Assembly: GCA_030141605.1 (NCBI GenBank)
Contig: JAQGDQ010000373.1
Location: 124,001 to 188,000, forward strand
Length of the DNA stretch: 64,000 bases
Reading direction: 5' to 3'
DNA from: Tubiluchus corallicola
Taxonomy: Eukaryota; Animalia; Priapulida
Numbering within the stretch: position 1 is the stretch's first letter; each line of letters opens with the position of its first letter. The notes below the pieces were generated by a model. It did not search any database. It was not told where the DNA came from and saw only the letters and a list, made by a program, of their open reading frames with translations. Shown piece after piece: positions 37,901-46,181 of this stretch. The position numbers and the translations under genes were made by a program.

Positions 37901-40900
37901 AAAGCGTAATTCGTCTTGAAATTTTATACCACATACATACTGCCTTTTTGCATACAGGGCTTGCGTCAGCAGTATAAAACGTGTAAACATAAAATCCCGT
38001 CGTGACAATTAAGGGCAGCCATTTTAATGGTAGGTCGTTTGATACAAGTTTAGATAACATTGCGTGAAGTTTGAAAAAATAATCAGAGCATTCGTAACAC
38101 ATATGGCTACAAACTGAGAAAAATTCTACATTACTGTATCTTGTCCATAAGATTGAAAATACATTTTTGGTTAGTGAGCAGCACACCCTGGAGGGCGAGC
38201 CAGCGACATTTTAACAACTGCTGAAAGTATTTTAAATTATTATTTCTAGTTACATAAGTTTTTCCAGTAGGTAAGTAAAACAGATTTGCATCGAAAGTTT
38301 TTGGAAACATAATTCAACGTTGCCTTTTCTTCCCCTGATTTACGTCGTGCCTAGGTGACGTCGTGTAATGGAACAGTATTGCGGGAGATTTAAATTGAAA
38401 ACAAACAAAAATTCCTTTCAAAGCGAGTACGATATGTGCATAAAATGGCAAATGAACCAATACAATTTTCAAGGCGATTTTTCTGAAACCCACTTCAGGT
38501 ACCCCTTTTCTTGTCCTTTAAATATGAGACCCACAATTTTTATACTCAAGAAACCGACAATATTACCCAAACTTTAAATCAGTACAAATGCTTCAACTAT
38601 GTAAACCATGTACTCAACAAGTATTCAACATAAAGTACGGATGTACATATCGCTCTAATATGATAGTAGTACTTTTATAACCTGCAGAGTGATAAATCAG
38701 CGTTAACGTACACTAGGGGGACTCAGTTCACCCCACGAGGAATTCCGTGGACTTTTTAAGATCATGAACGATTACCAGAAAATGTGACCACTATGGTTAA
38801 TTGATATCCCAAAAGCCAATGCGTCTCAGCACTTGTTTTAAAGAAAAAATTGTCATATCCAGGGTTACACAAAATTTTAAAATAAATGTGGCCTACTTTT
38901 GCCTGCCATAGCAAAATTTTACGTGAACACAAATCGCTGAAGAAAATATTTGGAAAAATATCGATTCACGGGTGATTATTTTTGTGACCCTTTCCAATTT
39001 CCCTAACTTTTCGCCCCATTTTCTTTTAAGATGTTTTTTAAGAAGTTTTTGCCATTTCATAAAACAGCCTGTGCATTTGTAAAAGTCTAAATTGAGAGAC
39101 TAGGTAATATACCAATCATAAGATAACACTACCTATAACGCTCTTGGCAAACGACTGATTTTTGAGGGTGGCGAGGCCCAGGTCTCCGAGCTTCACGCAT
39201 CCGGTGGTGCCGGTGATGAAGATGTTATCGCACTTGAGGTCCCGGTGGATGACGGGCGGAGTCCGGGAGTGGAGGAACTGAAGTCCCTTGAGGATCTGAC
39301 GACACCAGTTCCTCAGCAGCTTGACGTTGATCTTCCGAAACTTCTTCAGGTAGCTATCGAAAAACGAAAACAGAAATTGAGTTAAAAACGTTACGCACAT
39401 ATTACATACAAATAATGGGTAATAAATGGGTTCCCACAAAATTTTACAACAATTGCCTGGACTTTTCCCTGACCAAATATTGATTTTCCTTGACCAAGAG
39501 AAGCAGAACTTGTACTACCAGTATACATATTTAAACATTTTTGTGTATGGACATTCATACACATGCTGATATATAATGTGTCAGCACAGTTGCAGTAGTT
39601 CTAACCTAATTACACTAATCACATTAAATAAACTTTCTTAATCCAATCATTATTTTTGGAACAGAAATTGAAACTGGGAGCCTGTCATAGAAAAATTTTA
39701 TTTGAACACGAATCGCTGAAAAATATGTTTGGAAAAATATCGGCTCACGGTGATTACTTTTGCAACTGTTTCCAATTTCCCTGACTTTTCATCCATTTTC
39801 ATAACTTTCCCTGACTTTTAACCAAATTTTTCTTTCCCCCCGACTTTTCCGTGACTTTGCAGGACAGCCCGTATTTTCAAGAAATTTCCAGGATTTTCCC
39901 TGACCGTAGGAACCCTGTAATCATTACTCGGGTTTTTTATGAAATGTGAAAAGACACATCATTAGCTACGACCAAGACATCTTCTGCCCACAATGACAAG
40001 AAAGTGCAATAACAGAAATCGTCAAAGAAGAAGCAATTTCGTTTTTGCATATGATCAAAATCCATTAAGTGGAGTTGGAGACTTTAAAAAACTTACTAGA
40101 TACTTTTTCTATCACAGACAGTAGCCTAGATGCTACCAGCTTTTCTCCGACATTGTCAATAAGAGATAGAGTAACATAGTACTAAAAAACATTATTTACA
40201 ATTGGGTTAAACAATTATGTTTGAAATGCCAAACACTGTTAGTAAAACATAGACTAACATAGTAACTAAAATACAATATATACAAATATACTTATTCGGC
40301 TAGGCATTGTGTTAAAATCTGGCAAAAATATAGGCTATTTCTTCCCATTTAAAGACAAATACACCCCTACTCTTACAATCTGGTACGATTTATAGATTTT
40401 AGTGCAGCAGCTGCGATGCTGCTTACCATGGCAAAACATCCAGACATTTTAAAGTAAGAATTTGTGAACATTTGGGTATTTTTTCTTCTAGAATTGGCAA
40501 GAAATAAAAAAATTCTCCTCAATCTAACATTAACGACCATATTTGTGCCTCTGGTCACAAAGCTGATTTTAATAATTTCAGCATTGTGACCTGTGCTACA
40601 AATATCTGGTACTTCTTAATTAAAGAAGGTTTATATACGTACCCAGATAAGCCTTCTCCTAACGTACAAAGCAGTTCAATCTCTTTAATTTTATTTTCAA
40701 ACGCTTGGCTATTTGTTACTGTGTCAATTTCTTTTCTTCAGGTCTGCTTAATCACTACCTATTTGGGTTTTTGTAAACTCATAATTAGCGCATAAGTTAC
40801 GGTATCAATTTCTTTACTGGTCTGCTTATTCATTACTTTATTAGTGCATAACAGCCTCTGCCTATATAAACTGATTGTATGTTTGTAAATTTACTACTGA

Positions 40901-42551
40901 TGACGACAGCAGTAGTCTGTTGAAACGTTTGGCATGATTGAACTTTGTAAAAGTAAAAGTTTTAATAAAGTTGTGTTTTTCTAAACATAAATGTTTTTTA
41001 AGTGCCTGTACTAAAAAAATCAGAATTGAATTAAAAAATTATGTTTGAAAGGCCAAAAAATCAGTAGGCCTCTCATTTTTCATACGAGTTAAACCACACG
41101 ATTGGCATATGCACAGTATGCGACAAAAAACATGATGCAGATGAAACAGTTCACTGCAAATGTCTCCCAGGAGGTAAACAGATACAAAGACGTCCTTGAT
41201 AATCCTTCAGCAGTGTTTTGTTAGCCTTCCAAAACACAGCAGGATGATACGTCTTCATCAAAGGCAGAAAAAACCGAATCTTGCCGGCTATTTGCATAAA
41301 AATGACACGCCATCTTTATGAGTGGGAATCATCTATTTTCGCTACAACTCCTTTAATGATTTATAGCCTGTTTTAATTTCACAGAATCAATGTTTGAAGT
41401 CATAACTCATTCTAGGATTTATAGATTGTAGAGACGTAGCTTGAAGCTATGTTAAAGGTAACCGTAGAGCCATTTTTGGCAGAGCAGGCACAGTGTCCGG
41501 CTGGCAACGACACTTATTTGCCACTACAGTGGTGCTTGGTTCAAACCACACCTAGGTTGAAGTTTTTTTCGAGTCGTTTACAACTCGAGCAAAACTTTCT
41601 TACAGCCTTCCTAGACCTACTTAGGCACTTGGTGGCCACTACAGAGGTTGATAGTTCAAACCACACTTAGGCAGAAGTTTTTCGAGCCATTTACAATTTG
41701 AGTAAAACCTTTTGGCAGCTTTCCTAGATTCACTTAGCCTTAATTGAGTACCTTATCACATACTGTGGTAAAAAAGACAAGCACGTCTGCCTTCATGTCT
41801 TGAGGCTCTGTAATGCTACAACCATCAGGGGCACGGAACCATTCATTTTTTCTTCTTCTATATGGGAAAAATGAATAACTTTCTGAAGATGGAATAAGAA
41901 CCGGGGGAATTAAGAAGGGTTTACAATCTTTGAATTGCTCAAAAGTGACCAATAAGAGGTTTTAGCTTTGGAGCCAAAGGTCTGCATGACGTCAAGACGT
42001 GGATTGTTTCAATAAGCCATTAAACTTATTGCAAAAGAACAGACAGACAACATTCACGTTCTTGCGTAAGTGAACTGAAACGTGAGAGACAAAGAGGACA
42101 AAAGAACCACTGGAATAAGGTGAAATGTTCAAGTAAGAGAAAAGTGAATCGATGAATCTTCTCAAAATCTGTGCGTCCACCAATAAAAGAGACGACATCA
42201 AAACTCTGGAAAACCTGAGCACTCAACCTCAAAGAAAGCACCCTCGTCAAAGAGGCGCCCCGCAACAGTTACGCAATAACCTCAAATTTCAACGAGGAAA
42301 AATTAGGAGAAAGTTTTCCTGAGTTCCTGATGCAATTTAATGGCCGCAATAAAATAGTCGTTAGTTTGGACTTGAGCCTCGTCTGGAGTGATCGGGAAAT
42401 GAATTACGAGATTGTATAGGAACGGTGAAGTAAACATACGGACCGTGTGTTGATTCAGCTAATTGATTGATTTTATTAGATTTGCTGCTAATAGAATTTC
42501 ATTTCGTGTTGAAATTGATTTCATTGTCAACCTGTTAACAAAGAAGAAACA

Positions 42552-42583
<32 letters not shown>

Positions 42584-44712
42584 AAAGAAAAAAAGAAAGC
42601 AGATTAGGGACCATAGAAATAAGCCATTTCAGAGTTTTGTTGTACGCACGTGCAGTTGCTGTTGGTTAAAGGTTAAGTGTATCATAGCAACGCGTCTTAA
42701 CTACAATCGTCACGTGACATGTAGGTAAAGCAAAACACCAGTTCAGTAACTTCAGTTGCTTTACGTGGACTTTACTTAATTATGCATCAGTCTGTGCGTA
42801 GAGCGATTTACTAGCAGGATCTTGCTTGGGAACGAGAAAAAATAAACTAAGCAAGGTTCTAGCTAGCTGTTAAAACTGTTGCTAATTCAATAGCATGGGC
42901 TGCGAGGTGTTGTCAAGTGTCACAAATGAGTTGTATGTTACGCTTAACCTATGACTTTTCACGATCACCATCAATCACTGGAAATGTGAAAAGGCTTATT
43001 GGGAACGTTCAACAGAACTTGCACTGGGCTAGAACTAAGCTGTTACCATAGCAATTAGCCTAAGCGAATCATTCCAACAGAAAAGGCACATGATTAGTCT
43101 CTAAACTGCGAATGAACTGGTATCTAAAAGGGCTCACTGATATTAACCCTTTCAGTCCCAAATTATTTTTTTAATAAGAACATATTTTTTGGTTTGGTAC
43201 TTTTGTTCAGTATGTCCATCTTGTTTACACATAATAATTATTTTTTCTACCTGTGCCCTCGTGCTAAATATAGCCTGTATCCCACGGGATACATTGGGAT
43301 TCAATGGAAGCATAAAATGTGCTTCATTTTGCAACTGTTGATAATTTTTTGAAGTATTTAAGACATTTAGTATGCATGCTATGCTGATCTGTACAAAGTC
43401 ATCTCTAAAGTACTGTACCTTGCACAGTTTTTTATGCTATGTAGATTTTCTAGTTTGCCATTTTATCACTATTTTTAGTCTATTGTTATTGGCTTAAATC
43501 AAAATAACTATTAACAGATCAAATAACTGTCAGTTTTAAAATTTTATTAATTTTAAAGGCAGAAAATATTCTCGTATCCCACGGGATACAACGAGTATGA
43601 AAGGGTTAAGTGAAGTTACTTACGTACCTCCCAGAAAAACCATTTAATTCACTCCAAAAATCAAAGCATTTCGTGGTTAAATTTTAGCTGAAAATGTGCA
43701 AAGTGACAAATATGCAGATGGTCTGTCAGGCAATGTGTCGATCCTGCAACCTTCATTTAAGTAGGCCCAAACGTTTTGGACCACATGACCACGCCTACAT
43801 TTCCACGCTTTACTGTGCCAGGCCCAAACGTTTTGGACCACATGACCACGCCTACATTTCCACGCTTTACTGTGCCAGGCCCAAACGTTTTGGACCACAT
43901 GACCACGCCTACATTTCCACGCTTTACTGTGCCAGGCCCAAACGTGTTGGACCACATGACCACGCCTACATTTCCACGCTTTACTGTGCCAGGCCCAAAC
44001 GTTTTGGACCACATGACCACGCCTACATTTCCACGCTTTACTGTGCCAGGCCCAAACGTTTTGGACCACATGACCACGCCTACATTTCCACGCTTTACTG
44101 TGCCAGGCCCAAACGTTTTGGACCACATGACCACGCCTACATTTCCACGCTTTACTGTGCCAGGCCCAAACGGTTTGGACCACATGACCATGCCTACATT
44201 TCCACGCTTTACTGTGCCAGGCCCAAACGCTTTGGACCACATGACCACGCCTACATTTCCACGCTTTACTGTGCCAGGCCCAAACGTTTTGGACCACATG
44301 ACCACGCCTACATTTCCACGCTTTACTGTGCCTGGCTCACCTTACCTAGTATATTCCAATATTCCAATATCAGGTACAACTTGCAAAGAAATACTTGGGT
44401 TTGGAGTTAGTTTTTTTGTTAATGCTGAGAAAGTAAACCACAACAGCAACAATTTAAGTTGAAAGTCCCTGGTTCAAATCTCAAGACAGTAAATTTTTTT
44501 AACTTCTTCTCGACAGGGAGGATACACCTACATCGCTCTTACCTTTTCAGTGTTCCGGAAGTCATAAGCTCCGTGATGAGGACGATGTACTTCGGTTTGG
44601 CATTCACCTCCCAGTAATCAAAGAATCGCACGATGCTAGGATGCTGCAGCTCCTTCAGCATCTGTGCTTCTTCCTTAAAGCGCTGCCTCTCCTTCCGGTC
44701 CAACTTCCGCTC
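151..44712 (-). CDS. WNK: WNK family Ser/Thr protein kinase, partial (18 exons in window, 5955 nt; 5' exon and probably 3' exons outside window)
   Basis: Spliced translation has WNK hallmarks: [93 protein letters not shown]2 domain and RFxV motifs. All junctions are GT-AG with consistent phases. Confidence 0.97.
2365..2862. mobile_element. Dispersed repeat, unclassified non-autonomous element (family A)
   Basis: Similar copies at ~6226-6615 (same orientation) and ~11760-11900 and ~37115-37400 (inverted). Confidence 0.75.
2946..3067 (-). CDS. WNK: WNK exon 17 (122 nt; [14 protein letters not shown] motif at 3042-3053)
   Basis: Acceptor ctctgttcccgtag|TT, donor GAA|gtatgt; phase 1 to 0. Confidence 0.9.
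3215..4029. mobile_element. Tc1/mariner (pogo/Tigger-like) MITE with internal 74-bp tandem repeat
   Basis: TIR CAGTAAGTCCTTGCTTAACGAC / GTCGTTAAGCGAGGACTTACTG, flanked by TA on both sides; shorter relative at 47458-47725. Confidence 0.9.
3523..3750. repeat. 74-bp tandem repeat x3 inside the MITE; each unit has an X-box-like GTTGCCG(T/C)AGCAAC
   Basis: Units start at 3523, 3597, 3671, with a partial at 3745. Confidence 0.95.
4119..4626. mobile_element. hAT-type MITE with perfect 8-bp TSD
   Basis: TIR CAGGGTGCATAAGATTATGGATAT / ATATCCATAATCTTATGCAGCCTG; CATATAAT duplicated at 4111-4118 and 4627-4634. Confidence 0.93.
5194..5284 (-). CDS. WNK: WNK exon 16 (91 nt; [30 protein letters not shown]), not in the ORF track
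   Basis: Acceptor ctttcttttag|GAA, donor CAAG|gtatta; phase 0 to 1, required to bridge to the next exon. Confidence 0.85.
5583..6040. mobile_element. hAT-like MITE family B, copy 1 (CAGGGTTCCCAC...GTGGGAACCCTG)
   Basis: TIRs, internal TTTTCCCTGAC motifs; six homologous copies in window. Confidence 0.85.
6226..6615. mobile_element. Family A repeat copy
   Basis: Homologous to 2480-2862. Confidence 0.75.
6765..7679 (-). CDS. WNK: WNK exon 15 (915 nt; P/S/A-rich; RFKV motif at 6831-6842)
   Basis: Acceptor ctcattgcag|GTG, donor CAG|gtaagc; phase 0 to 0; ORF 6729..7685. Confidence 0.92.
8693..9311. mobile_element. piggyBac-like MITE (TTAA|CCCTTTCA...TGAAAGGG|TTAA), with an extra right end at ~9500-9524
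   Basis: TTAA flanks and CCC/GGG termini. Confidence 0.75.
9575..9793 (-). CDS. WNK: WNK exon 14 (219 nt; glutamine-rich, [27 protein letters not shown]...)
   Basis: Acceptor gtccctgcag|ATG, donor CAG|gtgggc; phase 0 to 0. Confidence 0.88.
9912..10350. repeat. Long inverted repeat (fold-back), arms of ~150-190 bp
   Basis: 9912-10060 is the reverse complement of 10203-10350 with scattered mismatches; weaker pairing continues inward. Confidence 0.92.
10482..10751 (-). CDS. WNK: WNK exon 13 (270 nt; P/T/A-rich)
   Basis: Acceptor attttttag|GTA, donor CAG|gtaatg; phase 0 to 0. Confidence 0.88.
11202..11606 (-). CDS. WNK: WNK exon 12 (405 nt; RFHV motif at 11496-11507; [13 protein letters not shown] helix)
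   Basis: Acceptor aattttgcag|AAA, donor CAG|gtattg; phase 0 to 0. Confidence 0.92.
12126..12260 (-). CDS. WNK: WNK exon 11 (135 nt; [23 protein letters not shown], end of CCT-like domain)
   Basis: Acceptor gtttttcag|ATT, donor AAG|gtatgt; phase 0 to 0. Confidence 0.92.
12354..12680. mobile_element. MITE family C (AGGGCGTATTAACCAAT...)
   Basis: Homologous copies at ~29935-30420 (with internal ~186-bp duplication) and ~49354-49757. Confidence 0.75.
12705..12885. repeat. Pentamer-derived satellite (ACTAC/ACTGC; ~25-bp higher unit)
   Basis: Direct inspection. Confidence 0.9.
13067..13286 (-). CDS. WNK: WNK exon 10 (220 nt; basic cluster [10 protein letters not shown], start of second CCT-like domain ...[30 protein letters not shown])
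   Basis: Acceptor ttatccatag|G, donor TTG|gtaagt; phase 2 to 0; matches the WNK CCTL2 pattern ECxL...TVTFxF...IAxxL. Confidence 0.92.
13389..13737. mobile_element. MITE family D (GGGTGAGCATCGAAC, TTCGAA-rich), inverted copy
   Basis: Related to 28517-28750 and 58498-58832. Confidence 0.7.
13803..13824 (-). promoter_or_regulatory. Three perfect AGGTCA half-sites (DR1 plus DR3 spacing), nuclear-receptor element-like
   Basis: Minus strand reads AGGTCA a AGGTCA cag AGGTCA. Confidence 0.4.
13914..14062 (-). CDS. WNK: WNK exon 9 (149 nt; [22 protein letters not shown]...DESGKET), not in the ORF track
   Basis: Acceptor tttgtttgcag|CGA, donor AAAC|gtaagt; phase 0 to 2, which bridges the neighbouring exons. 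Confidence 0.88.
14309..14790. mobile_element. MITE family B, copy 2
   Basis: CAGGGTTCCCAC...GTGGGAATCCTG; homologous to 5583-6040. Confidence 0.88.
15117..15619. mobile_element. Tc1/mariner (pogo-like) MITE
   Basis: TIR CAGTCAACCT / AGGTTGACTG, TA flanks, repeated TATAAGGGA subterminal motifs. Confidence 0.88.
16631..16910 (+). mobile_element. tRNA-derived SINE with Meta-type core and (TTA)n tail
   Basis: Pol III A box TAGTCTAGTGG, B box GAGTTCGAACC, then CCGGGTCATACCAAAGACTTTGAAAATGGTACC...TGCCTG (MetaSINE-like core, recalled consensus), AATAAA and TTA repeats. Confidence 0.8.
17516..17750. repeat. Local ~83-bp tandem duplication
   Basis: TTCTAGTTAACAAGAAATGAATTGATTTCGATT occurs three times. 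Confidence 0.85.
17943..17987 (-). CDS. Candidate 45-nt microexon ([15 protein letters not shown])
   Basis: Acceptor tgtgcttttcaag|GTC, donor AAG|gtaatt; symmetric phase 0; stop-free; GC island in AT-rich intron. Confidence 0.55.
18655..19085. repeat. 20-bp minisatellite (GCATTGTTTTAAGAGCTTGT), ~21 degenerate copies
   Basis: Direct inspection. Confidence 0.95.
19276..19704 (-). CDS. WNK: WNK exon 8 (429 nt; P/Q/T-rich disordered region)
   Basis: Acceptor ttgtttcag|GCT, donor CAG|gtatgt; phase 0 to 0; ORF 19264..19743. Confidence 0.9.
20016..20477. mobile_element. piggyBac-like MITE family E, copy 1, nested in an older GATGGGAATCGAT...ATCGATTCCCATC element (~19769-20661)
   Basis: TTAA TSD, CCCTTTCA/TGAAAGGG termini; close inverted copy at 43147-43605. 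Confidence 0.92.
20776..21289. mobile_element. MITE family F, copy 1
   Basis: Inverted homolog at 46586-47093. Confidence 0.8.
21646..21824 (-). CDS. WNK: WNK exon 7 (179 nt; [20 protein letters not shown]...QPPSQ)
   Basis: Acceptor acttgttgcag|TC, donor CAG|gttagt; phase 1 to 0. Confidence 0.88.
22069..22390. mobile_element. MITE family B, copy 3 (internally deleted)
   Basis: Right end GTGGGAACCCTG and homologous body. Confidence 0.82.
23158..23550. repeat. 56-bp minisatellite x7
   Basis: GAACAAGCAGG recurs at 23166, 23222, 23278 and so on to 23502. Confidence 0.95.
23919..23990 (-). CDS. Candidate 72-nt cassette exon ([24 protein letters not shown])
   Basis: Acceptor gttttgtcgtcag|G, donor TT|gtaagt; symmetric phase 1; stop-free in the required frame; GC-rich island. 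Confidence 0.55.
24110..24260. repeat. (GAT)n-rich trinucleotide repeat
   Basis: Direct inspection. Confidence 0.95.
24365..24832. mobile_element. MITE family B, copy 4
   Basis: Homologous body, right end GTGTGAACCCTG. Confidence 0.85.
25317..25967. mobile_element. Kolobok-like MITE family G, copy 1 (TTAA|AGCACAAGAAAA...TTTTCTTGTCCCT|TTAA)
   Basis: TTAA flanks with purine-starting TIR; copies at 37875-38517 and 60549-61226; fragments at ~54760-54980, ~60045-60107, ~61495-61594. Confidence 0.85.
26297..26567. mobile_element. Tc1/mariner MITE
   Basis: GGGTGTTTCAAAAGT / ACTTTTGAAACACCCTG, TA flanks. Confidence 0.8.
26782..27411. mobile_element. Kolobok-like MITE family H
   Basis: TTAA|AGGAAAACCGGATG ... 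CATCCTGTTTTCCT|TTAA; inverted diverged copy at ~50548-51158, fragment at ~63615-63800. Confidence 0.82.
27513..27687 (-). CDS. WNK: WNK exon 6 (175 nt; [29 protein letters not shown], end of PF2 domain plus coiled coil)
   Basis: Acceptor tgtttag|GTA, donor GAAG|gtaagt; phase 0 to 1. Confidence 0.93.
27953..28412. mobile_element. hAT (Charlie-like) MITE
   Basis: TIR CAGGGGTGTGCAAATT / AATTTGCACACCCCTG; degenerate 8-bp TSD ATTTTTAC/ATTCATAC; GCGGGCC subterminal motifs. Confidence 0.88.
28846..29074 (-). CDS. WNK: WNK exon 5 (229 nt; end of kinase, PF2/CCT-like autoinhibitory domain ...[12 protein letters not shown]...)
   Basis: Acceptor tcatcatcag|A, donor ATG|gtaagt; phase 2 to 0. Confidence 0.95.
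29671..29759 (-). CDS. WNK: WNK exon 4 (89 nt; [30 protein letters not shown]), not in the ORF track
   Basis: Manual translation; acceptor cttacctcacag|GGT, donor GAAAG|gtacgt; matches the WNK GxKPxSF...CI...ER segment; phase 0 to 2. Confidence 0.95.
29935..30420. mobile_element. MITE family C copy with internal duplication
   Basis: Homologous to 12354-12680. Confidence 0.72.
30894..31051 (-). CDS. WNK: WNK exon 3 (158 nt; [27 protein letters not shown]...QIYKRVTM)
   Basis: Acceptor ctttaaag|GT, donor ATG|gtgagt; phase 1 to 0. Confidence 0.97.
31185..31625. repeat. ~230-bp tandem duplication
   Basis: GTGCTTCAC...AAAATAATGTGGATTCTGGATT...TTGACTTGTCCTTTAACTG occurs twice. Confidence 0.9.
31994..34088. 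repeat. 20-bp satellite GTGTTACTCCGGATCCAGTA, ~104 copies, with a 520-bp higher-order duplication
   Basis: Exact 20-bp phasing from 32001 to 34080; rare variants recur 520 bp apart. Confidence 0.99.
35390..35720. mobile_element. Decayed CR1-group LINE fragments
   Basis: Minus-strand RT motif CGVPQG near 35432-35452; plus-strand [19 protein letters not shown] resembles the CR1 ORF2 C-terminus. Confidence 0.6.
36305..36520. repeat. ~60-bp tandem repeat x3-4
   Basis: TTGCTCCCTCTAACTTTAGAACCTGGCTA...CCCCTGTAACG recurs. Confidence 0.85.
37875..38517. mobile_element. Kolobok-like MITE family G, copy 2
   Basis: Homologous to 25317-25967. Confidence 0.85.
39133..39353 (-). CDS. WNK: WNK exon 2 (221 nt; catalytic loop [11 protein letters not shown] motif, activation loop SFAKSVIG)
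   Basis: Acceptor ttttcgatag|C, donor ATAG|gtagt; phase 2 to 1; ORF 39116..39439. Confidence 0.97.
39427..39917. mobile_element. MITE family B, copy 6 (partial copy 5 at ~38860-39075, on the other side of the kinase exon)
   Basis: GGGTTCCCAC...GTAGGAACCCTG. Confidence 0.87.
40330..41000 (+). mobile_element. Decayed 3' end of a Penelope-like retroelement (GIY-YIG endonuclease remnant plus pLTR-like tail)
   Basis: Frameshifted translation ...[33 protein letters not shown]...LIKEGLY...[16 protein letters not shown]; downstream TATATAAA, CTGATGA...GAAAC and AATAAA. Confidence 0.8.
40897..40932 (+). ncRNA. Degenerate minimal hammerhead-ribozyme-like motif of the Penelope tail
   Basis: CTGATGA c GACAG cagtagt CTGTT GAAAC GTTT: core boxes around a stem II, with palindromic AAACGTTT stem III. 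Confidence 0.5.
43147..43605. mobile_element. piggyBac-like MITE family E, copy 2 (inverted relative to 20016-20477)
   Basis: TTAA TSD; reverse complement aligns end to end. Confidence 0.92.
43763..44335. repeat. 57-bp minisatellite x10, nearly identical units
   Basis: GGCCCAAACGTTTTGGACCACATGACCACGCCTACATTTCCACGCTTTACTGTGCCA with 57-bp period. Confidence 0.98.
44543..44712 (-). CDS. WNK: WNK exon 1 of window (170 nt; kinase alphaC to hinge, [15 protein letters not shown]...LMTSGTLK)
   Basis: Acceptor tctttcag|GAG, donor AAAAG|gtaaga; phase 0 to 2. Confidence 0.97.
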
Positions 44713-44779
44713 CTGAAAGAATGCAAGTGGGTGATTTACAACTAGGCTCATGTAATCTTGTTTTTGTAAACACACATTT

Positions 44780-45425
44780 TTAACAAAAATTGACAGTGGG
44801 CTGTTTTTCTTCAGTCGACGAATGATGTCATTGGTGGAATAATGAGTGCTCAAAATGGGAACGTTCAATATTTTTGACAAAAACTGACAGTGGGCTGTTG
44901 TTCTTCAGTCAACGAATGATGTCATTGGTGGAATAATGAGTGCTCAAAATGGGAACGTTCAATATTTTTGACAAAAACTGACAGTGGGCTGTTGTTCTTC
45001 AGTCGACGAATGATGTCATTGGTGGAATAATGAGTGCTCAAAATGGGAACGTTCAATATTTTTGACAAAAATTGACAGTGGGCTGTTTTTCTTCAGTCGA
45101 TGAATGACGTCACTGGTGGAATAATTAGTGCTCAAAATGGGAACGTTCAATATTTTTGACAAAAATTGACAGTGGGCTGTTTTTCTTCAGTCGATGAATG
45201 ACGTCATTGGTGGAATGAGTGCTCAAAATGGGAATGTTCAATATTTTTGACAAAAATTGACAGTGGGCTGTTTTTCTTCAGTCGATGAATGACGTCATTG
45301 GTGGAATAATGAGTGCTCAAAATGGGAATGTTCAATATTTTTGACAAAAATTGACAGTGGGCTGTTTTTCTTCAGTCGATGAATGATGTCATTGGTGGAA
45401 TAATGAGCGCTCAAAATGGGAATGT
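44780..45425. repeat. 94-bp minisatellite x7
   Basis: GACAGTGGG recurs at 44792, 44886, 44980, 45074, 45168, 45259, 45353. Confidence 0.97.
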
Positions 45426-45859
45426 CTAAGCGTCAAAGTGATTTTACTAATTACACGAGGTGCTCACTGCACTTTTGTTGCTAAAATTTTGAAGCATTTT
45501 TCGCGAACATTGAAATAAGCCTAACTTCCCAAAAAGCTTGACGTTTCCTTTAAGTTCAGTAAGAGAAGCCCTCTATTAGCTGTTATTCACTGAACCATTG
45601 ATAGCTTTGGCTAGGCCTTATCAGACCGTTACCTGAACATGTATAAATCATCTACGCACATTAATGGACAGGTACAACTCATAAATTTTGCTAATTAGTG
45701 ATTGATGAATTGAAACCCTGGGGGAAAATTCATCAAAGTTTATTTAACAGAGCACCTAGATAAGTAGGCAGCAGTATGGCGTCTGCCAGACATCGTTAAT
45801 GTATCGAGTATTTAATGAGATTTTAAAATTTAAAACTGCGTCGATAAACGAAAGGTAAG

Positions 45860-45950
45860 AGAAAAAAGAGAAAGACAGGAGGAGAGAGGAGAACGAGAGA
45901 GAGAGGGAGAGAGAGAGAGAGGGAGAGAGAGAGAGTGAGTGAGTGAGAGG

Positions 45951-45992
<42 letters not shown>

Positions 45993-46121
45993 GAGAGGGA
46001 GAGAGAGAGAGTGAGTGAGAGGGAGAGAAAGAGAGAGAGAGAGAGAGGGAGGGAGAGAGAGGGAGCGAGAGAGAGAGAGAGCGACAGAGAGAGAGAGAGA
46101 GGGAGAGGGAGCGAGAGAGAG

Positions 46122-46170
<49 letters not shown>

Positions 46171-46181
46171 AGAGGAGAGAG

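Noticed and set aside
43677-44462. Four long repetitive ORFs (182-238 aa)
   Set aside because: Artefact of a 57-bp (3n) minisatellite lacking stops; no unique coding flanks
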